Assembly (NCBI GenBank): GCA_964388455.1
Contig: CAYMAN010000009.1
Coordinates: forward strand, 9,711 to 73,710
Length of the DNA stretch: 64,000 bases
Direction: 5' to 3'
Origin: an uncultured Eubacteriales bacterium
Lineage (GTDB): Bacteria > Actinomycetota > Coriobacteriia > Anaerosomatales > JAAXUF01
Each line of letters starts with the position of its first letter. Position 1 is the first letter of the stretch. The notes below the pieces were generated by a model. It was not told where the DNA came from. It did not search any database and was given only the letters and a program-made list of their open reading frames with translations. Below, in pieces: positions 8,992 through 20,058 of this stretch. Made by a program: the position numbers and the translations under genes.

Positions 8992-9432
8992 ATGGACGAC
9001 GTCGACCTCGAACTGCTTTCTGCGCTCCAAGACGATGCGCGCGCCACGTATGCGGAGCTCGGGCGCACCGTGGGTCTCTCGGCGCCGGCAGTGGCCGAGC
9101 GGGTACGCCGCCTGGAGGGATCAGGCATCATCTCCGGCTACCATGCCGAGGTGGACCTGAAGAGGGCCGGCTACGGGATCGTGGCGTTCGTGCGGCTCAA
9201 CTCGGCACCCGACCTTGCGCCGCAACTCGAACGCATGGCGCGCGACACGTCCGAGGTGCTCGAGTTTCATCGCGTGACGGGCACCGAGGGATACGTGCTC
9301 AAGGTGGCGGTCACCTCGATCGAACACCTGGAACGAATCGTCGTGAAGTTTCTCCCCTACGGCAACACCACGACCTCGATCGTGCTGTCCTCACCGGTCA
9401 CCTGGCGCAAGATAGGCGTCGTGGGAGCCTGA
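8992..9432 (+). CDS. Lrp/AsnC-family transcriptional regulator
   Basis: N-terminal HTH (LDLELLSALQDDARATYAELGRTVGLSAPAVAERVRRLE) followed by an RAM/AsnC_trans_reg domain. Transcribed divergently from the EamA gene. Confidence 0.9.
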   Translation: MDDVDLELLSALQDDARATYAELGRTVGLSAPAVAERVRRLEGSGIISGYHAEVDLKRAGYGIVAFVRLNSAPDLAPQLERMARDTSEVLEFHRVTGTEGYVLKVAVTSIEHLERIVVKFLPYGNTTTSIVLSSPVTWRKIGVVGA

Positions 9433-9455
9433 TCCACGGAAAACCGCGGGAACAG

Positions 9456-9490
9456 AAAAGGACGCGAGACCCCGCGTCTCGCGTCCTTTT
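9456..9490. terminator. Bidirectional intrinsic terminator
   Basis: AAAA-GGACGCGAGAC-cccgc-GTCTCGCGTCC-TTTT: a perfect 11-bp stem flanked by A and T tracts, 24 nt after the lrp-like stop codon. Confidence 0.75.
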
Positions 9491-9750
9491 CCTATCGACG
9501 CCACTGGGACGTCGACGATTGCGGTGACCTCGCGCCGGCCGGACCGTCGGCATCGAGATCGATCTCTCGGCGAGTGAGGGGGACAAGTGCACCCGCCGAG
9601 GCATTACGTGAATCAGTGTGCACACTCACTATCGAGTGTCGCGGCCTAATACTGAACCACTTTGTGGTGCGTGCCTGTGACCCTCGTCACAGCTCTATCA
9701 CACTTCTGCCACACGACAAGAATACCTTGCAATGAGGACGTGGGAACGGG

Positions 9751-10314
9751 CTACTCGGCGGGTGCAGGCTTCTCGGCGATGCGTCGGCGTAGACGGCCGA
9801 GCCCCCACACGCTTGCGACGATCGCGATCGCCACCGTGATGAAACCGATGAGCGGCGCCGCGATGGCGAGCGCCGAGACACCCGCAGCACCGGCATCCTC
9901 GACGGTGGACGCGACAGGAGCACCCGTGCCACCCGTCGCGAGGTTGATGAGCGGACGTGAGGTCGCTTTGATGGTGTGCACCCCACCGGCGATCACAACA
10001 CCCGCTATGAGCGCCAGCCATGGAGCCACCGCGTTCTCACCGGTTGTGGACAGCGCCAGGAAGCCGCCTGCCGCGGGACGCACGAACGTCTGGATCGCGT
10101 CGTTGACGTGGTCGACCGCCGGAACCTTGTCGGCGAAGATCTCGATGATGAGGAACAGGGTGATGAGCAGGATCACCCACCACGTCCCGAGCATGTCGAA
10201 CGGCTCGCGCAGCTGCACCCAACCGACGCGCTGCGCAGCAGCAAGCGCGAGCAGCGGGATGTAGGCGTTCACGCCCGCAGGAGCGGCCAACGTGATTCCT
10301 GTCAGGACGTCCAT
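9751..10314 (-). CDS. DUF4126-domain membrane protein
   Basis: Family-typical motifs are present: NAYIPLLALAAA and IIEIFADKVPAVDHVND. Multi-TM. Confidence 0.7.
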   Translation of the reverse strand: MDVLTGITLAAPAGVNAYIPLLALAAAQRVGWVQLREPFDMLGTWWVILLITLFLIIEIFADKVPAVDHVNDAIQTFVRPAAGGFLALSTTGENAVAPWLALIAGVVIAGGVHTIKATSRPLINLATGGTGAPVASTVEDAGAAGVSALAIAAPLIGFITVAIAIVASVWGLGRLRRRIAEKPAPAE

Positions 10315-10349
10315 GCTCGTGGGCCCTCCCCCATGGTTCGCACATCGCG

Positions 10350-12503
10350 GTGAGCCGCGTGGGCTCGGCTCATTCTAGCCCGACGACACCGCCGGCGGCG
10401 ATTCGGGAATATGCACCAGAGACCACACTCACACGCCTCCGAGAGGACCTCGGTTTGAGCCGCCAGTACCGCGAACTCGTCGCCACGCAGGGCGTGACCG
10501 AGGTCGAACACGTGTGGATTCCCCTTGCCGACGGCACACGACTCTCGGCGAGACTCTGGCTCCCCTCCACTGCGTCGGCCGAGAACCCCGTCCCGGCAAT
10601 CCTCGAGTACATCCCCTACCGCAAGGATGACGCGACCGCGGCGGCCGATGCGGCACGCTACCCCTACTTCGCCGAGCGCGGCTTCGCGGGCGTTCGCGTC
10701 GATCTACGCGGCACCGGCGACTCCGACGGCGTCTGCCGCGACGAATACCTGCGACAGGAGCAAGACGACGCGCTCGAGGTGTTCGCATGGCTCGCCGAGC
10801 AGGACTGGTGCTCCGGGCACTGCGGGATGATCGGGCACTCGTGGGGCGGCTTCAACGGGCTTCAGGTCGCGGCGCGCAGGCCACCGCAGCTTAAGGCCGT
10901 GGTCACCATGTACTCCACCGACGACAGGTACGCCGATGACTGTCACTACCAGGGCGGCTGCCTGCTGGCGAGCGACATGCTGAAGTGGGCCGAGTGGATG
11001 CACGCCCTCAATGCTCGCCCCGCAGACCCGAGGATCGTCGGTGACTCGTGGCGAGAGCTGTGGCTTGAGCGGCTGCGCGAGACACCGCCCTACATAGAGG
11101 CGTGGATGGCGCATCCCACCTACGACGAGTTCTGGAAGCAGGGATCGGTCATCGAGGACTACTCGGCGATTGAGGCTGCGGTGCTGGTGGTGGGCGGCTG
11201 GACGGACGCGTACACCAACGCGGTCCCCCGGCTGCTCGAGCATCTGACGTGCCCGCGATGGGGCATCATCGGGCCGTGGGGCCACGTGGTGCCGTCGCGC
11301 GGGGTGCCCGGGCCCGCGATCGGCTTCCTGCAGGAGTGTCTGCGCTTCTTCGACCACTGGCTCAACGGCGCGAAGAACGGCGTCGAATCCGAGCCGCTCC
11401 TGCGCGCGTATCTGCACGACACGCTGCCGCCGGCCGGTTTCCGCGCCGAACTCCCCGGCCGCTGGATCGCCGAGCAGAGCTGGCCTCCCACGAGCGTCAC
11501 AGGCGAGACACTGGTGCTGACCGGCGACGGGCGACTGGTCGGGCGCGAAGCGAAGATGCTGGCCAACCGCCCGGCCGAACTCGCGATTCTCGGCGACCAG
11601 ACGTGCGGCATAACTGCCGGCGTCTGGTGCGTGAACGGCATGGCCGACGAACTCGCGATCGACCAGCGTGAGGACGACGCCCTCTCGCTCTGCTTCGACT
11701 CCACTCCGCTGCACGAGCCGATCGATCTGCTGGGCAGGCCGGAGCTGCGCTTGACCCTCTCCGCCGACCAGCCGCGCGCGCTGGTCTCGGCTCGGCTGTG
11801 CTCGGTGGCGCCGGATGGTGTGTCGACGCTGGTGACGTGGGGCACGATGAACCTGACGCATCGTCAATCGCGCGAGCATCCTGAAGCGGTGGAGCCAGGC
11901 GAGAGTTACGTGATCTCGCTGCCGCTCAATGCCGTGGGCCAGCGCATCGAGCGCGGACACAGACTGCGTATCGCGATCTCTCCCACATACTTCCCGCAAG
12001 TGTGGCCGTCACCGATACCCGTCACGCTCAAGATCGCCATCGACGGCGCGAGCTCGCTCGTACTGCCAACCCGTGTTTCACAAGCCGAGGATGCGAATCC
12101 GCCGGTCTTCCCTCCGGCCGCGGAATCCGCCCCACTTGTTGGCGCGATCCGGCAGTCGGACAGCAGGACTCGCAGGCGGCACCGTGACCCGGAGACCGGC
12201 GTGGCGACCACGGAAGACCACCAATCCTACTCGGCGCATATCGAGGCCACTGGGACCACGTATACGGAGCGCGGCATCGATCGATGGATCATCGCTCCGG
12301 ACGATCCGCTCTCCGCTCGCATCGTCTGCGACCGCGAGATCACCATCGAACGCGAAGGCTGGCACGTTCGCCTCACGACCACGGCGGAGCAGACGTGCAC
12401 CGGAGATAGGATTCTCACGCATTCAACGCTCTGCGCCTACGAGGACGACGTCCTCGTCTTCTTAGACGATCACGTATCCACAGTGGTGCGTGAGCACTTC
12501 TAG
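10350..12503 (+). CDS. CocE/NonD-family (S15 X-Pro dipeptidyl-peptidase-like) hydrolase
   Basis: ILEYIPYRKDD, the nucleophile elbow GHSWGG, and a large C-terminal beta domain. The GTG start is uncertain. Confidence 0.8.
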   Translation: MSRVGSAHSSPTTPPAAIREYAPETTLTRLREDLGLSRQYRELVATQGVTEVEHVWIPLADGTRLSARLWLPSTASAENPVPAILEYIPYRKDDATAAADAARYPYFAERGFAGVRVDLRGTGDSDGVCRDEYLRQEQDDALEVFAWLAEQDWCSGHCGMIGHSWGGFNGLQVAARRPPQLKAVVTMYSTDDRYADDCHYQGGCLLASDMLKWAEWMHALNARPADPRIVGDSWRELWLERLRETPPYIEAWMAHPTYDEFWKQGSVIEDYSAIEAAVLVVGGWTDAYTNAVPRLLEHLTCPRWGIIGPWGHVVPSRGVPGPAIGFLQECLRFFDHWLNGAKNGVESEPLLRAYLHDTLPPAGFRAELPGRWIAEQSWPPTSVTGETLVLTGDGRLVGREAKMLANRPAELAILGDQTCGITAGVWCVNGMADELAIDQREDDALSLCFDSTPLHEPIDLLGRPELRLTLSADQPRALVSARLCSVAPDGVSTLVTWGTMNLTHRQSREHPEAVEPGESYVISLPLNAVGQRIERGHRLRIAISPTYFPQVWPSPIPVTLKIAIDGASSLVLPTRVSQAEDANPPVFPPAAESAPLVGAIRQSDSRTRRRHRDPETGVATTEDHQSYSAHIEATGTTYTERGIDRWIIAPDDPLSARIVCDREITIEREGWHVRLTTTAEQTCTGDRILTHSTLCAYEDDVLVFLDDHVSTVVREHF

Positions 12504-12511
12504 CCGGTGAG

Positions 12512-14344
12512 TCAGGTCCGGGTCATCTCAGCTGCGATGGCCTCCAAGAACACGGCCCCATAGCGCTCAAGTTTCGCATCACCGACACCGTGCACTTCGA
12601 GGAACTCCTCGCGTGAGGCTGGCCGCTTGGCCGCCATGTCGGCCAGCGACTTGTCGCCAAAGACCACGTAAGCCGGCACCTGTTGCTCCGCAGCAATATC
12701 CCGTCGCAGTTCACGCAGCCGTTCGAAGAGCTCCTCGTCGGCACCGCCGGGCTCAAACGAGAGCGCGGCGCTTCCCCGCCGGGAACGCTTCTCGGCGACG
12801 GGCTTCACGACCGCGCGCGGGCGCGCGAGCATCAGCTCTACGTCACCCCGAAGCACGTCGCGGGCTTCGCCATCAAGCTTCAGCGCCGAGTAAGCCGCTA
12901 TGTCTTGGCGCAGAAAGCCCCGGTGGATGAGCTGGCGGATGACACTCGTCCAGTCGTCTCGGGAGAGTTCTGCCCCGATGCCGTGGACCGACAGCTCGCC
13001 ATGATCCCACTGACGGATCTTCTCGGTGTCGGCGCCCTTGAGCACGTCGATCACGTGTCCGATACCAAAGCGCTCCCCCGTCCGATACACCGCCGAGAGG
13101 ACCTTTTGCGCCTGCACGGTCGCATCGAACAATTCGGGCGGGTCCAGACAGACGTCGCAGTTGCCGCAGTCTTCCTCTAGCCGCTCGCCAAAGTAGCCGA
13201 GCAGAACGCGGCGGCGACACGTGGTCGCCTCGGCGAACGCGACCATCGCCTGGAGCTTATGGAGCTCGATGCGCACCTGCTCGGCGTTGTTGCTGTTCTC
13301 GATGAGCATGCGGGCCGTGACTGCGTCTTGCAGCCCGAAGAGACAGAACGCCTCGGCGGGCAGCCCGTCTCGGCCGGAACGACCGGTCTCCTGATAGTAG
13401 CCCTCGATGTTCTTGGGCATGTCGTAGTGGACGACGAAGCGGACATCGGGCTTGTCGATGCCCATGCCAAAGGCCACTGTGGCGACCACCACACGAACCT
13501 TGTCCTGCAAGAAGTCGTCTTGCACGCGCGTGCGTGTCTCGGACGGCAGCCCGGCGTGGTACGCCTTCGCCTTCACGCCGGCGTCGCGTAGCTTCTTGGC
13601 GACCTCTTCAACGCGCTTGCGCGAGAGGCAGTAGACGATCCCCGAGTCCCCTTTGGGCCGAGCCGCGATGAACTTCTTGAGCTGCTCGATGCCGGCGCGC
13701 TTATCGACGACCGTGTAGCGGATGTTGGGTCGATCGAACCCCGCCGAGAATACCGGCGCGTGGCCGATGTGCAGCCGAATGCGTACATCCTCGCGCGTCT
13801 GATCGTCCGCCGTGGCGGTCAGCGCGATGAGCGGAATGCCGGGGAACCGGTCGCGCAACTCGCCGAGGCGCACGTACTCGGGACGAAAGTCGTGGCCCCA
13901 TTGGCTGACGCAGTGCGCCTCGTCGATCGCGAACAGCGAGATGGGCATCGTCGCGATCATGTCGAGGAAGCCGTCGAGCATGAGTCGCTCGGGCGCGACA
14001 TAGAGCAGGTCGAGCCTGCCGGCGCGCAGGTCGCGAAGCACGGCGGAGGCGTCCTCGGTCGAGAGCGATGAGTTCAGACATGCGGCCGCGACGCCGTTGG
14101 CGACGAGCGCGTCGACTTGGTCCTTCATCAGCGAGATGAGCGGCGAGACCACGATGGCGGTGCCCGGCCGGTGTAGCGCGGGGATCTGAAATGTGAGCGA
14201 CTTGCCGCCACCCGTCGGCATCAGGACGAACGCGTCGCCGCCGCCAATCACGTGCTCCATGATCTCGGCTTGATGGGGACGGAACTCGTGATAGCCGAAG
14301 ACCTGCGCCAGCGTGTCGGATATCGATGTGGTGCGCAGCGGCAT
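12512..14344 (-). CDS. recQ: ATP-dependent DNA helicase RecQ
   Basis: Motifs PTGGGKS and [17 protein letters not shown], the zinc-binding CGNCDVC, and a C-terminal HRDC region. Confidence 0.95.
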   Translation of the reverse strand: MPLRTTSISDTLAQVFGYHEFRPHQAEIMEHVIGGGDAFVLMPTGGGKSLTFQIPALHRPGTAIVVSPLISLMKDQVDALVANGVAAACLNSSLSTEDASAVLRDLRAGRLDLLYVAPERLMLDGFLDMIATMPISLFAIDEAHCVSQWGHDFRPEYVRLGELRDRFPGIPLIALTATADDQTREDVRIRLHIGHAPVFSAGFDRPNIRYTVVDKRAGIEQLKKFIAARPKGDSGIVYCLSRKRVEEVAKKLRDAGVKAKAYHAGLPSETRTRVQDDFLQDKVRVVVATVAFGMGIDKPDVRFVVHYDMPKNIEGYYQETGRSGRDGLPAEAFCLFGLQDAVTARMLIENSNNAEQVRIELHKLQAMVAFAEATTCRRRVLLGYFGERLEEDCGNCDVCLDPPELFDATVQAQKVLSAVYRTGERFGIGHVIDVLKGADTEKIRQWDHGELSVHGIGAELSRDDWTSVIRQLIHRGFLRQDIAAYSALKLDGEARDVLRGDVELMLARPRAVVKPVAEKRSRRGSAALSFEPGGADEELFERLRELRRDIAAEQQVPAYVVFGDKSLADMAAKRPASREEFLEVHGVGDAKLERYGAVFLEAIAAEMTRT

Positions 14345-14468
14345 GCGGCAAGGCCCTCTCAGAGTGCACTACGGAACGCAGGGCGAGAGCGACTCTCTCA
14401 CATGCGGGTCGACGCAGCGTAGCGCGCGAGTCTGACCACACGCAAACCCGGGCCTTACCCCGCCGTCG

Positions 14469-15026
14469 CTACTCCGGAATCTCGAGCAGGAGCTCTCTCG
14501 CGCGATTGACCCGCAGGCGTGACACGTCGTAACGCAGGTAGCTGACGTCGAGGTCGCCGAGGCGGACTCGGTCGAGCGCATCAGCATCCTTGAGCAGCCG
14601 GAATACGCGTAGCGCGGACTCCGGCTCCACCAACTCGAACAGTTCGTGTCCGTCACTCGGCACGCAGTAGCGCACCTGATAGGCCGCACGCTCGGCATGA
14701 ACTTCGTCGCCGCAGTGGTGCGTAATGGCGTAAAGCGCGGTCTCGTACACCCTCGGCGGCGTCGTGAAGTGGAGGCCCAGCGCGACCACCTTGCCTGCAC
14801 TCTTGGCGCCGTGAAAGTAGTCGACGCCATCGTGGGTCCGACCGATGTCGTGCCACAGAGCAGCGCACGCGAGCGCTGCACGCTCCCAGGCAGGCAGATC
14901 GAGCAGATCAGCGAGCTCCGTCGTGTGCACGAGCACGCGGCTGGTATGACCCATGCCATGTATCGCACGTGATGCGTCATTGCCGCTGGGTCGCACAAAC
15001 CAAGCAGGGTTCACGCTACGAATCAC
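14469..15026 (-). CDS. HD-domain phosphohydrolase-like protein
   Basis: H...HD signature (GHTSRV ... LWHDIGR). Confidence 0.7.
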   Translation of the reverse strand: MIRSVNPAWFVRPSGNDASRAIHGMGHTSRVLVHTTELADLLDLPAWERAALACAALWHDIGRTHDGVDYFHGAKSAGKVVALGLHFTTPPRVYETALYAITHHCGDEVHAERAAYQVRYCVPSDGHELFELVEPESALRVFRLLKDADALDRVRLGDLDVSYLRYDVSRLRVNRARELLLEIPE

Positions 15027-15092
15027 GATTGGTCCTTTCCACGGTGCCTACTCGGACTGCGCATCCGAGTAATAGCACCTGGGTCTGACACG

Positions 15093-15848
15093 CTACCTCC
15101 CCTGCCAGCGCTCCAGCCACAGGTCAACCGAGCGGTTCATCTCGGCCATGAAGTCTGAGGCGTATTTACGCTGGTAGATGGCTTGCCCGTAGTTTGCGAT
15201 GCCAGGCTTGTGACCGTGCGGCGCGTACTCGGTCTCGAGCGCGGCCAGTACCCCCGCGAGGTCGCTTTGCGTCAGCCGCTCGTAGCGATCGGTATGCACC
15301 ATGTGAGCCGTCTGCCGAGGAACCCGCGGGCGCTCTACGGCGGCACGCCCAAAGCACAGCATCGCGATCGGCAGCGTGTGCACAGGCAGGTCAAACATCG
15401 CGATGTGCTCCTCGGCATTTTCGAGGATGTCGCCGATGTAGCATGAGCCGATGCCGAGCGACTCAGCGGCGATCACTGCGTTCTGCGCGGCGATCAGAGC
15501 GTCAGAGCACGCCAGCATCAGATCGCCCATGCCCGGCTTGCGCAGCCCCAATCCGAGCGATGCCACATCGCAGTACTCAAACAGGTCGACCCACTTTTGG
15601 AAGTCGGCGGCAAATATCAGCACCCACGGCGCCTTGGCGATGAACGGCTGGTTGTCGCAGGTCACGACGAGCCGATCCTTCATCGCCTGATCCTGCACGT
15701 CGATTACCGAATACAGCATCATGTTGCCGCCCGTAGGTGCACGGAATGTCGCCGAGAGAATCGCGTCCTTCTCGGCATCGGTGATCGGCGTGGGCTCATA
15801 GACGCGCGTCGAACTGCGGCGGTCGAGAATTTCGAGTGTGGGGTTCAC
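15093..15848 (-). CDS. Nitroreductase-family protein
   Basis: The nitroreductase N-terminal motif LDRRSSTRVYEPTPI...APTGGN is present. Start GTG 15848 lies 7 nt after GGAGGA. Confidence 0.75.
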   Translation of the reverse strand: MNPTLEILDRRSSTRVYEPTPITDAEKDAILSATFRAPTGGNMMLYSVIDVQDQAMKDRLVVTCDNQPFIAKAPWVLIFAADFQKWVDLFEYCDVASLGLGLRKPGMGDLMLACSDALIAAQNAVIAAESLGIGSCYIGDILENAEEHIAMFDLPVHTLPIAMLCFGRAAVERPRVPRQTAHMVHTDRYERLTQSDLAGVLAALETEYAPHGHKPGIANYGQAIYQRKYASDFMAEMNRSVDLWLERWQGR

Positions 15849-16065
15849 CAAGAATCCTCCTACGTGGGGTGATCGAGTGGCCTGCGGGTACGAGTCTACC
15901 CACTCGCTCAAACGGTCGCACGCGGCCCGTCACAGGTGGCTGTCCGCTCATCCGTGCTAGGATGGGTATAGATTTCGATGTCGGCAACCCTGTCGCATCA
16001 ACCGTCTCACGGACTTGACCGGCACCATCCGGTCGCCTCCTCTGAGCCTGACTCGAGGAGTGCCC

Positions 16066-17190
16066 ATGCCCCATCCCACACCCTCAGAACCCTTCAGAAC
16101 GCGCGTTCTGCCTACCGCGATCGTCTACTGCGAAGGCAACTTCGGCGCGATCGACGGCAAGACCGCCAACGGTCTGGTTCGCCACTCCGAGAAGTACCAG
16201 ATCCTCTCGGTGATCGACAGTACGCAGTCGGGCCTCGACACCGGTGTCATCCTCGGATACGCCGCGAACTCGATACCGCTTTGCGACGACCTGGACCATG
16301 CGATCGCGTTGGCCGGTCGCGTTCCCGACACTTTCATCTTCGGTATCGCTCCGGCGAGCGGGATGCTCTCGGCCGACGAGCGCGAGGTAGTGCTCGGCGC
16401 GATGCGCCGCGGCATGAACATCGTAAGTGGGCTGCACGAGTTCCTTGGCGATGACCCGGAGTTCTCGGCTGTCGCAGCGATGCACAGCGTCACCATCCAC
16501 GACGTGCGGCGGCCGCGAGACAAGAAGGACCTGCGCACGTTCAGTGGTGCGATCAGATCGGTCACCTGCCCGCGCATAGTGGTGCTGGGCACCGACTGCG
16601 CGATCGGCAAGCGGACCACTGCGACGATCCTGACCAAGGCGCTCAACGACCGCGGCATCAGGGCGGTGCTCGTTGGCACGGGGCAGACGGGGCTCATCCA
16701 GGGCGCGTGCTATGGCGTCGCGCTCGATGCCATCCCATCGCAGTTCTGCGCCGGCGAGATGGAAGCGGCCGTGGTCGAGGCGTTTGAGGGCGAGCACCCC
16801 GACGTGATCATCGTCGAAGGCCAGGGCGCGCTCAGTCACCCCGCATACCTGACTTCAGGCTTCATCCTCAAGGGCAGTCAGCCGCAGGCCGTGATCTTGC
16901 AGCACGCGCCGGCGCGCAAGCGTATGGCGGACTTCCCTGACGTGCCGATGCCCAAGCCCAAGCGCGAGATCAATCTGATTCAGACATTCTCAGACACGAA
17001 GGTCATCGGGCTCACCATCAACCACGAGAACATGAGCGAGGCAGATATCACGGCCGCGATCATGCTCTACGAACTCCAGCTGGGAATCCCCGTCACTGAT
17101 GCGCTCACCAGGCCGACTGACGACCTGGTCGACATGGTGGTCGGCGCATTTCCGGAGCTCGAGCAGAAGCTGGTCGCCATCGCCCGATAG
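16066..17190 (+). CDS. DUF1611-family protein (DgcN-like)
   Basis: ATG 16066 follows GAGGAG. Family-like N-terminus (AIVYCEGNFG..GKTANGL) and a P-loop-like GTDCAIGKRTT. Confidence 0.7.
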   Translation: MPHPTPSEPFRTRVLPTAIVYCEGNFGAIDGKTANGLVRHSEKYQILSVIDSTQSGLDTGVILGYAANSIPLCDDLDHAIALAGRVPDTFIFGIAPASGMLSADEREVVLGAMRRGMNIVSGLHEFLGDDPEFSAVAAMHSVTIHDVRRPRDKKDLRTFSGAIRSVTCPRIVVLGTDCAIGKRTTATILTKALNDRGIRAVLVGTGQTGLIQGACYGVALDAIPSQFCAGEMEAAVVEAFEGEHPDVIIVEGQGALSHPAYLTSGFILKGSQPQAVILQHAPARKRMADFPDVPMPKPKREINLIQTFSDTKVIGLTINHENMSEADITAAIMLYELQLGIPVTDALTRPTDDLVDMVVGAFPELEQKLVAIAR

Positions 17191-17241
17191 ACTCCCCGCC
17201 CGCGGCCACCACCTTCGCAGGCGCATCGTGTGCCCTTGCGC

Positions 17242-18315
17242 CTAGTCGTCCTCGGGCTGCCTCACGTGACAGCGCACGCAGAACGCGGGCTGATGACACT
17301 CGAAACAGCCGGCTGCGCCGCGCGCCTCGACCTCGAGGAAGTGCTGTTTGGCCCACGTGCCCTTGGTGGGGTCGTAGCTCACGTGGTGGCACATGCTGCA
17401 CAAGTCCGGCTTCTGCTTGTGGCACCTAGCGCACATCGCGCGGTTGGCCTCGGCGTTGATACCGTGCCCTGTCTTGCCCTGCCCCCAGCCCTCGGGGTGC
17501 GGCATCTCGAGGCCGTGACAGTCGGTGCAGAAGGCTTTGGTGTGGCACATGACGCACTGCTTGGGATCGGCCTTGGCAACCACCGCATGTCCGCGGTTCC
17601 ACTTCGCGGTCTTGTGTGACGTCGGCTTGAGCGCGTACCCGACCGGATGGCACACACTGCACTGCGCCGAGGCCGTGGGATACTTGGTCGTGCCGTGGCA
17701 GGTGAAGCACTGCGACATCAGCGACAATGGCGTGCCCCGATCAGGCAGCGGATGCGCAGTGCGGACGTGGCACGACACGCAAGATTTGTTGCGTTTCGCG
17801 TGCTCGGCGTGGTCGATGAGAATGCGGAAACCGGAGGTGGCCTTGCGGTTCACGTCGTGGCACTGCAGACAGATCTCGTCGGCCATAGGCTCCGTGCCGG
17901 GCAGGCGACCGTCGACCGGGTCAGGGTAGCCGCCGCGCACGTGCGCTACGACGTCGCGTGCCAGAAGTGCGGTCTGACTCACGACCGATTGCGGCACTTC
18001 GTACCACCGATGCGGGGCCGTGTGGCATCTCACGCAGCTCACCGCGGCGTGCGCCGACCGCTCCCAGGTCGCATGGCGCGGCTGCATCTCATGACAGCTC
18101 GCGCACAGGATCGGCGACGCGGTCACGACGTCCCACATGCCGAGCAGCACGATGATGCCGAACACGATCGCGACGATTCGCAGCACCCGTGGCCTCGCCG
18201 AGGACGCCGTGGCAGCTGTCGCCGGGGATTCGCCCACGCTTGACTCGGCGGTCAGCTCGGCTGCGCCCGCCTCCTCTGCTGGTCCCTGATCGCTCATGCC
18301 GGAAGTGTGCTCCAC
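17242..18315 (-). CDS. Membrane-anchored dodecahaem cytochrome c with an N-terminal NapC/NirT/NrfH-type tetrahaem domain
   Basis: GTG 18315 lies 5 nt after GAAGGA. One N-terminal TM helix, then 12 CXXCH motifs. The first four follow the NapC/NirT pattern (LCASCHEM..W..S.H....CVRCH ... CLQCH ... H.EH....CVSCH..TAH). Confidence 0.9.
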   Translation of the reverse strand: MEHTSGMSDQGPAEEAGAAELTAESSVGESPATAATASSARPRVLRIVAIVFGIIVLLGMWDVVTASPILCASCHEMQPRHATWERSAHAAVSCVRCHTAPHRWYEVPQSVVSQTALLARDVVAHVRGGYPDPVDGRLPGTEPMADEICLQCHDVNRKATSGFRILIDHAEHAKRNKSCVSCHVRTAHPLPDRGTPLSLMSQCFTCHGTTKYPTASAQCSVCHPVGYALKPTSHKTAKWNRGHAVVAKADPKQCVMCHTKAFCTDCHGLEMPHPEGWGQGKTGHGINAEANRAMCARCHKQKPDLCSMCHHVSYDPTKGTWAKQHFLEVEARGAAGCFECHQPAFCVRCHVRQPEDD

Positions 18316-18316
18316 G

Positions 18317-19189
18317 CTAGTCCTTCACGAGTTCGAGCGTCGGGTTGAAGTTGTCCCTGGGCACCTCGCCGTGACACTTCTTGCAGAATGCGCCCGTGTG
18401 GCACGCCTCGCAACTGCGGTGCTTCTTGACCTGTTCGCCGTGTGTCTCGCGCCACTTGGCGGTGTGCGAGCGCGGACGCATCTCGTGGCAGGTGGTGCAC
18501 CATGCCTCGTTCCACTTGTGGCACCTGGTGCAGTCGCCTCCCTCGGCCTTCTCGGCGTGGACGATCGTCCAGCTGGCGGCCTTGTGCGTCGCGGGTGCGG
18601 CTTTGTCGGTATGGCAGGTGGGGCACCCGTTCTTGGCAGTCTTGCCGTCGTGGCAAGTCAGGCAGCCGGTCATGGGCGGCGTGTTCTTGCCCTCGGGACT
18701 TTTGTCGTGGACCAGGTAGTTGTGGCACTCGATGCAGTCGAGCTTGAGGATCGAGACATGCGCGCGGTGCGGGATCAGGAGGTCACCCTTGGGCGAGACG
18801 GTGCGCAGATCCAGGTGACAGCGCTCGCATGCGGCATTGGTCGGCTTGGGGAACGTTGCCGGTTCCCAGTCCGGCATTGCCAGCGACAGGTAGAACTCGC
18901 CGAGCATTCGCACCGCGTAGCCAGACTGCGGGAGGACCCGCGGTGGCACGTGGCACTGCTGGCAGGTCGTTTTCGCGTGGACCGACTTTTCCCATGCCTG
19001 GTACTTGGGGTTCATGCGTTCGAACCGCTGCAGGAACGCCGGCCGAGTCCCGATGTAGGCCGGCACGATCACCAGAACGAAGATGCCGAAAGCCACCAGG
19101 CCCCACAACAGCAATCGTTTGCGCTTCTCGGCGGGCGTGGTCGGCTGCTCGGTGTCCATGATCTCCGGACTCTCGTTGGTCTCGGGCAT
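18317..19189 (-). CDS. Membrane-anchored nonahaem cytochrome c (paralogue)
   Basis: ATG 19189 overlaps the upstream stop (TGATG). One TM helix and 9 CXXCH motifs. Confidence 0.9.
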   Translation of the reverse strand: MPETNESPEIMDTEQPTTPAEKRKRLLLWGLVAFGIFVLVIVPAYIGTRPAFLQRFERMNPKYQAWEKSVHAKTTCQQCHVPPRVLPQSGYAVRMLGEFYLSLAMPDWEPATFPKPTNAACERCHLDLRTVSPKGDLLIPHRAHVSILKLDCIECHNYLVHDKSPEGKNTPPMTGCLTCHDGKTAKNGCPTCHTDKAAPATHKAASWTIVHAEKAEGGDCTRCHKWNEAWCTTCHEMRPRSHTAKWRETHGEQVKKHRSCEACHTGAFCKKCHGEVPRDNFNPTLELVKD

Positions 19190-20058
19190 CAGTGGCACTT
19201 CCCGCAGAACTTCTTCTCGTCGTGGCAGACGAGGCAGCCCTTGCCGCCCGTCGTCGCACGCTCGGCGTGGCCCGTCTTCCAATTACCGACGTGCGTCGCG
19301 GGACGCCGTTTGTGGCAGTCGGCGCAATAGTCAGGCGTCCAGTTGTGGCACTTGCCGCAGTCCATCGTCTCCGACATCGTGCCGTGCACCTTGAGCCAGT
19401 CCTTGCGCTCGTGCGTCTCGGGCGTCTCCTTGCGGGTGTGACAGTCGGTGCACTTGTTCGATGCCTTCTTGCCGTCGTGGCAGGTCTCGAGACACATCTC
19501 CATCTCGGGACGGTTGAATCCCCGGTTGTTCACCGTGTGCACCAGATCCTTGTGACACACCGTGCAGTTCATTCCGAGGACCTCGACGTGCGCCCGGTGC
19601 GGAATCAGCAGGTCGCCGTTGGGCGAGACCTGGCGGTAGTCGGTATGACACTTCTGACAGGCTTCATGCGTGGGCGGCTCGAGCAGGTTGGTCTCGTTCG
19701 CACCCTGCGCGAGCTGCGAGTAGAACGCCGGGATCGACCTGGCCGAGAAGGACGCAAACCCCTTCACGCCCGGCTCGACGTGACAGCTCACACAGCTCAT
19801 ACGGCCGTGCGTGGACGTGCGCCACGCCTCCATCCGCTCATGCATGCCCGGGTAGCGTGCGTAGTATCCCGGCTGCAGCGTGGAGAACACCGGCAGCACC
19901 AGCAGGAAGACGACCAGCGCGAGCAGCGCGCCGATGACGATGCGGCGCGTTGGGCGCAGCTTCTTGGGCGCGGGGGCGTCGGCGTGGGGCGCTTGGGCCG
20001 CCGGCGTCTCCGCGACCTTGTCGTCCGACGGGCTCAGGGTGTCGTCGCGCTCGTCCAC
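19189..20058 (-). CDS. Membrane-anchored cytochrome c, 8 CXXCH + 1 CX3CH (paralogue)
   Basis: GTG 20058 directly abuts the upstream TAG stop. One TM helix. CLETCH lies at 19477-19494. Confidence 0.9.
   Translation of the reverse strand: MDERDDTLSPSDDKVAETPAAQAPHADAPAPKKLRPTRRIVIGALLALVVFLLVLPVFSTLQPGYYARYPGMHERMEAWRTSTHGRMSCVSCHVEPGVKGFASFSARSIPAFYSQLAQGANETNLLEPPTHEACQKCHTDYRQVSPNGDLLIPHRAHVEVLGMNCTVCHKDLVHTVNNRGFNRPEMEMCLETCHDGKKASNKCTDCHTRKETPETHERKDWLKVHGTMSETMDCGKCHNWTPDYCADCHKRRPATHVGNWKTGHAERATTGGKGCLVCHDEKKFCGKCH

Noticed and set aside
10704-11999. 431-aa ORF on the minus strand
   Set aside because: It is antisense to the CocE/NonD hydrolase, which has the GHSWGG nucleophile motif, and is a shadow ORF.
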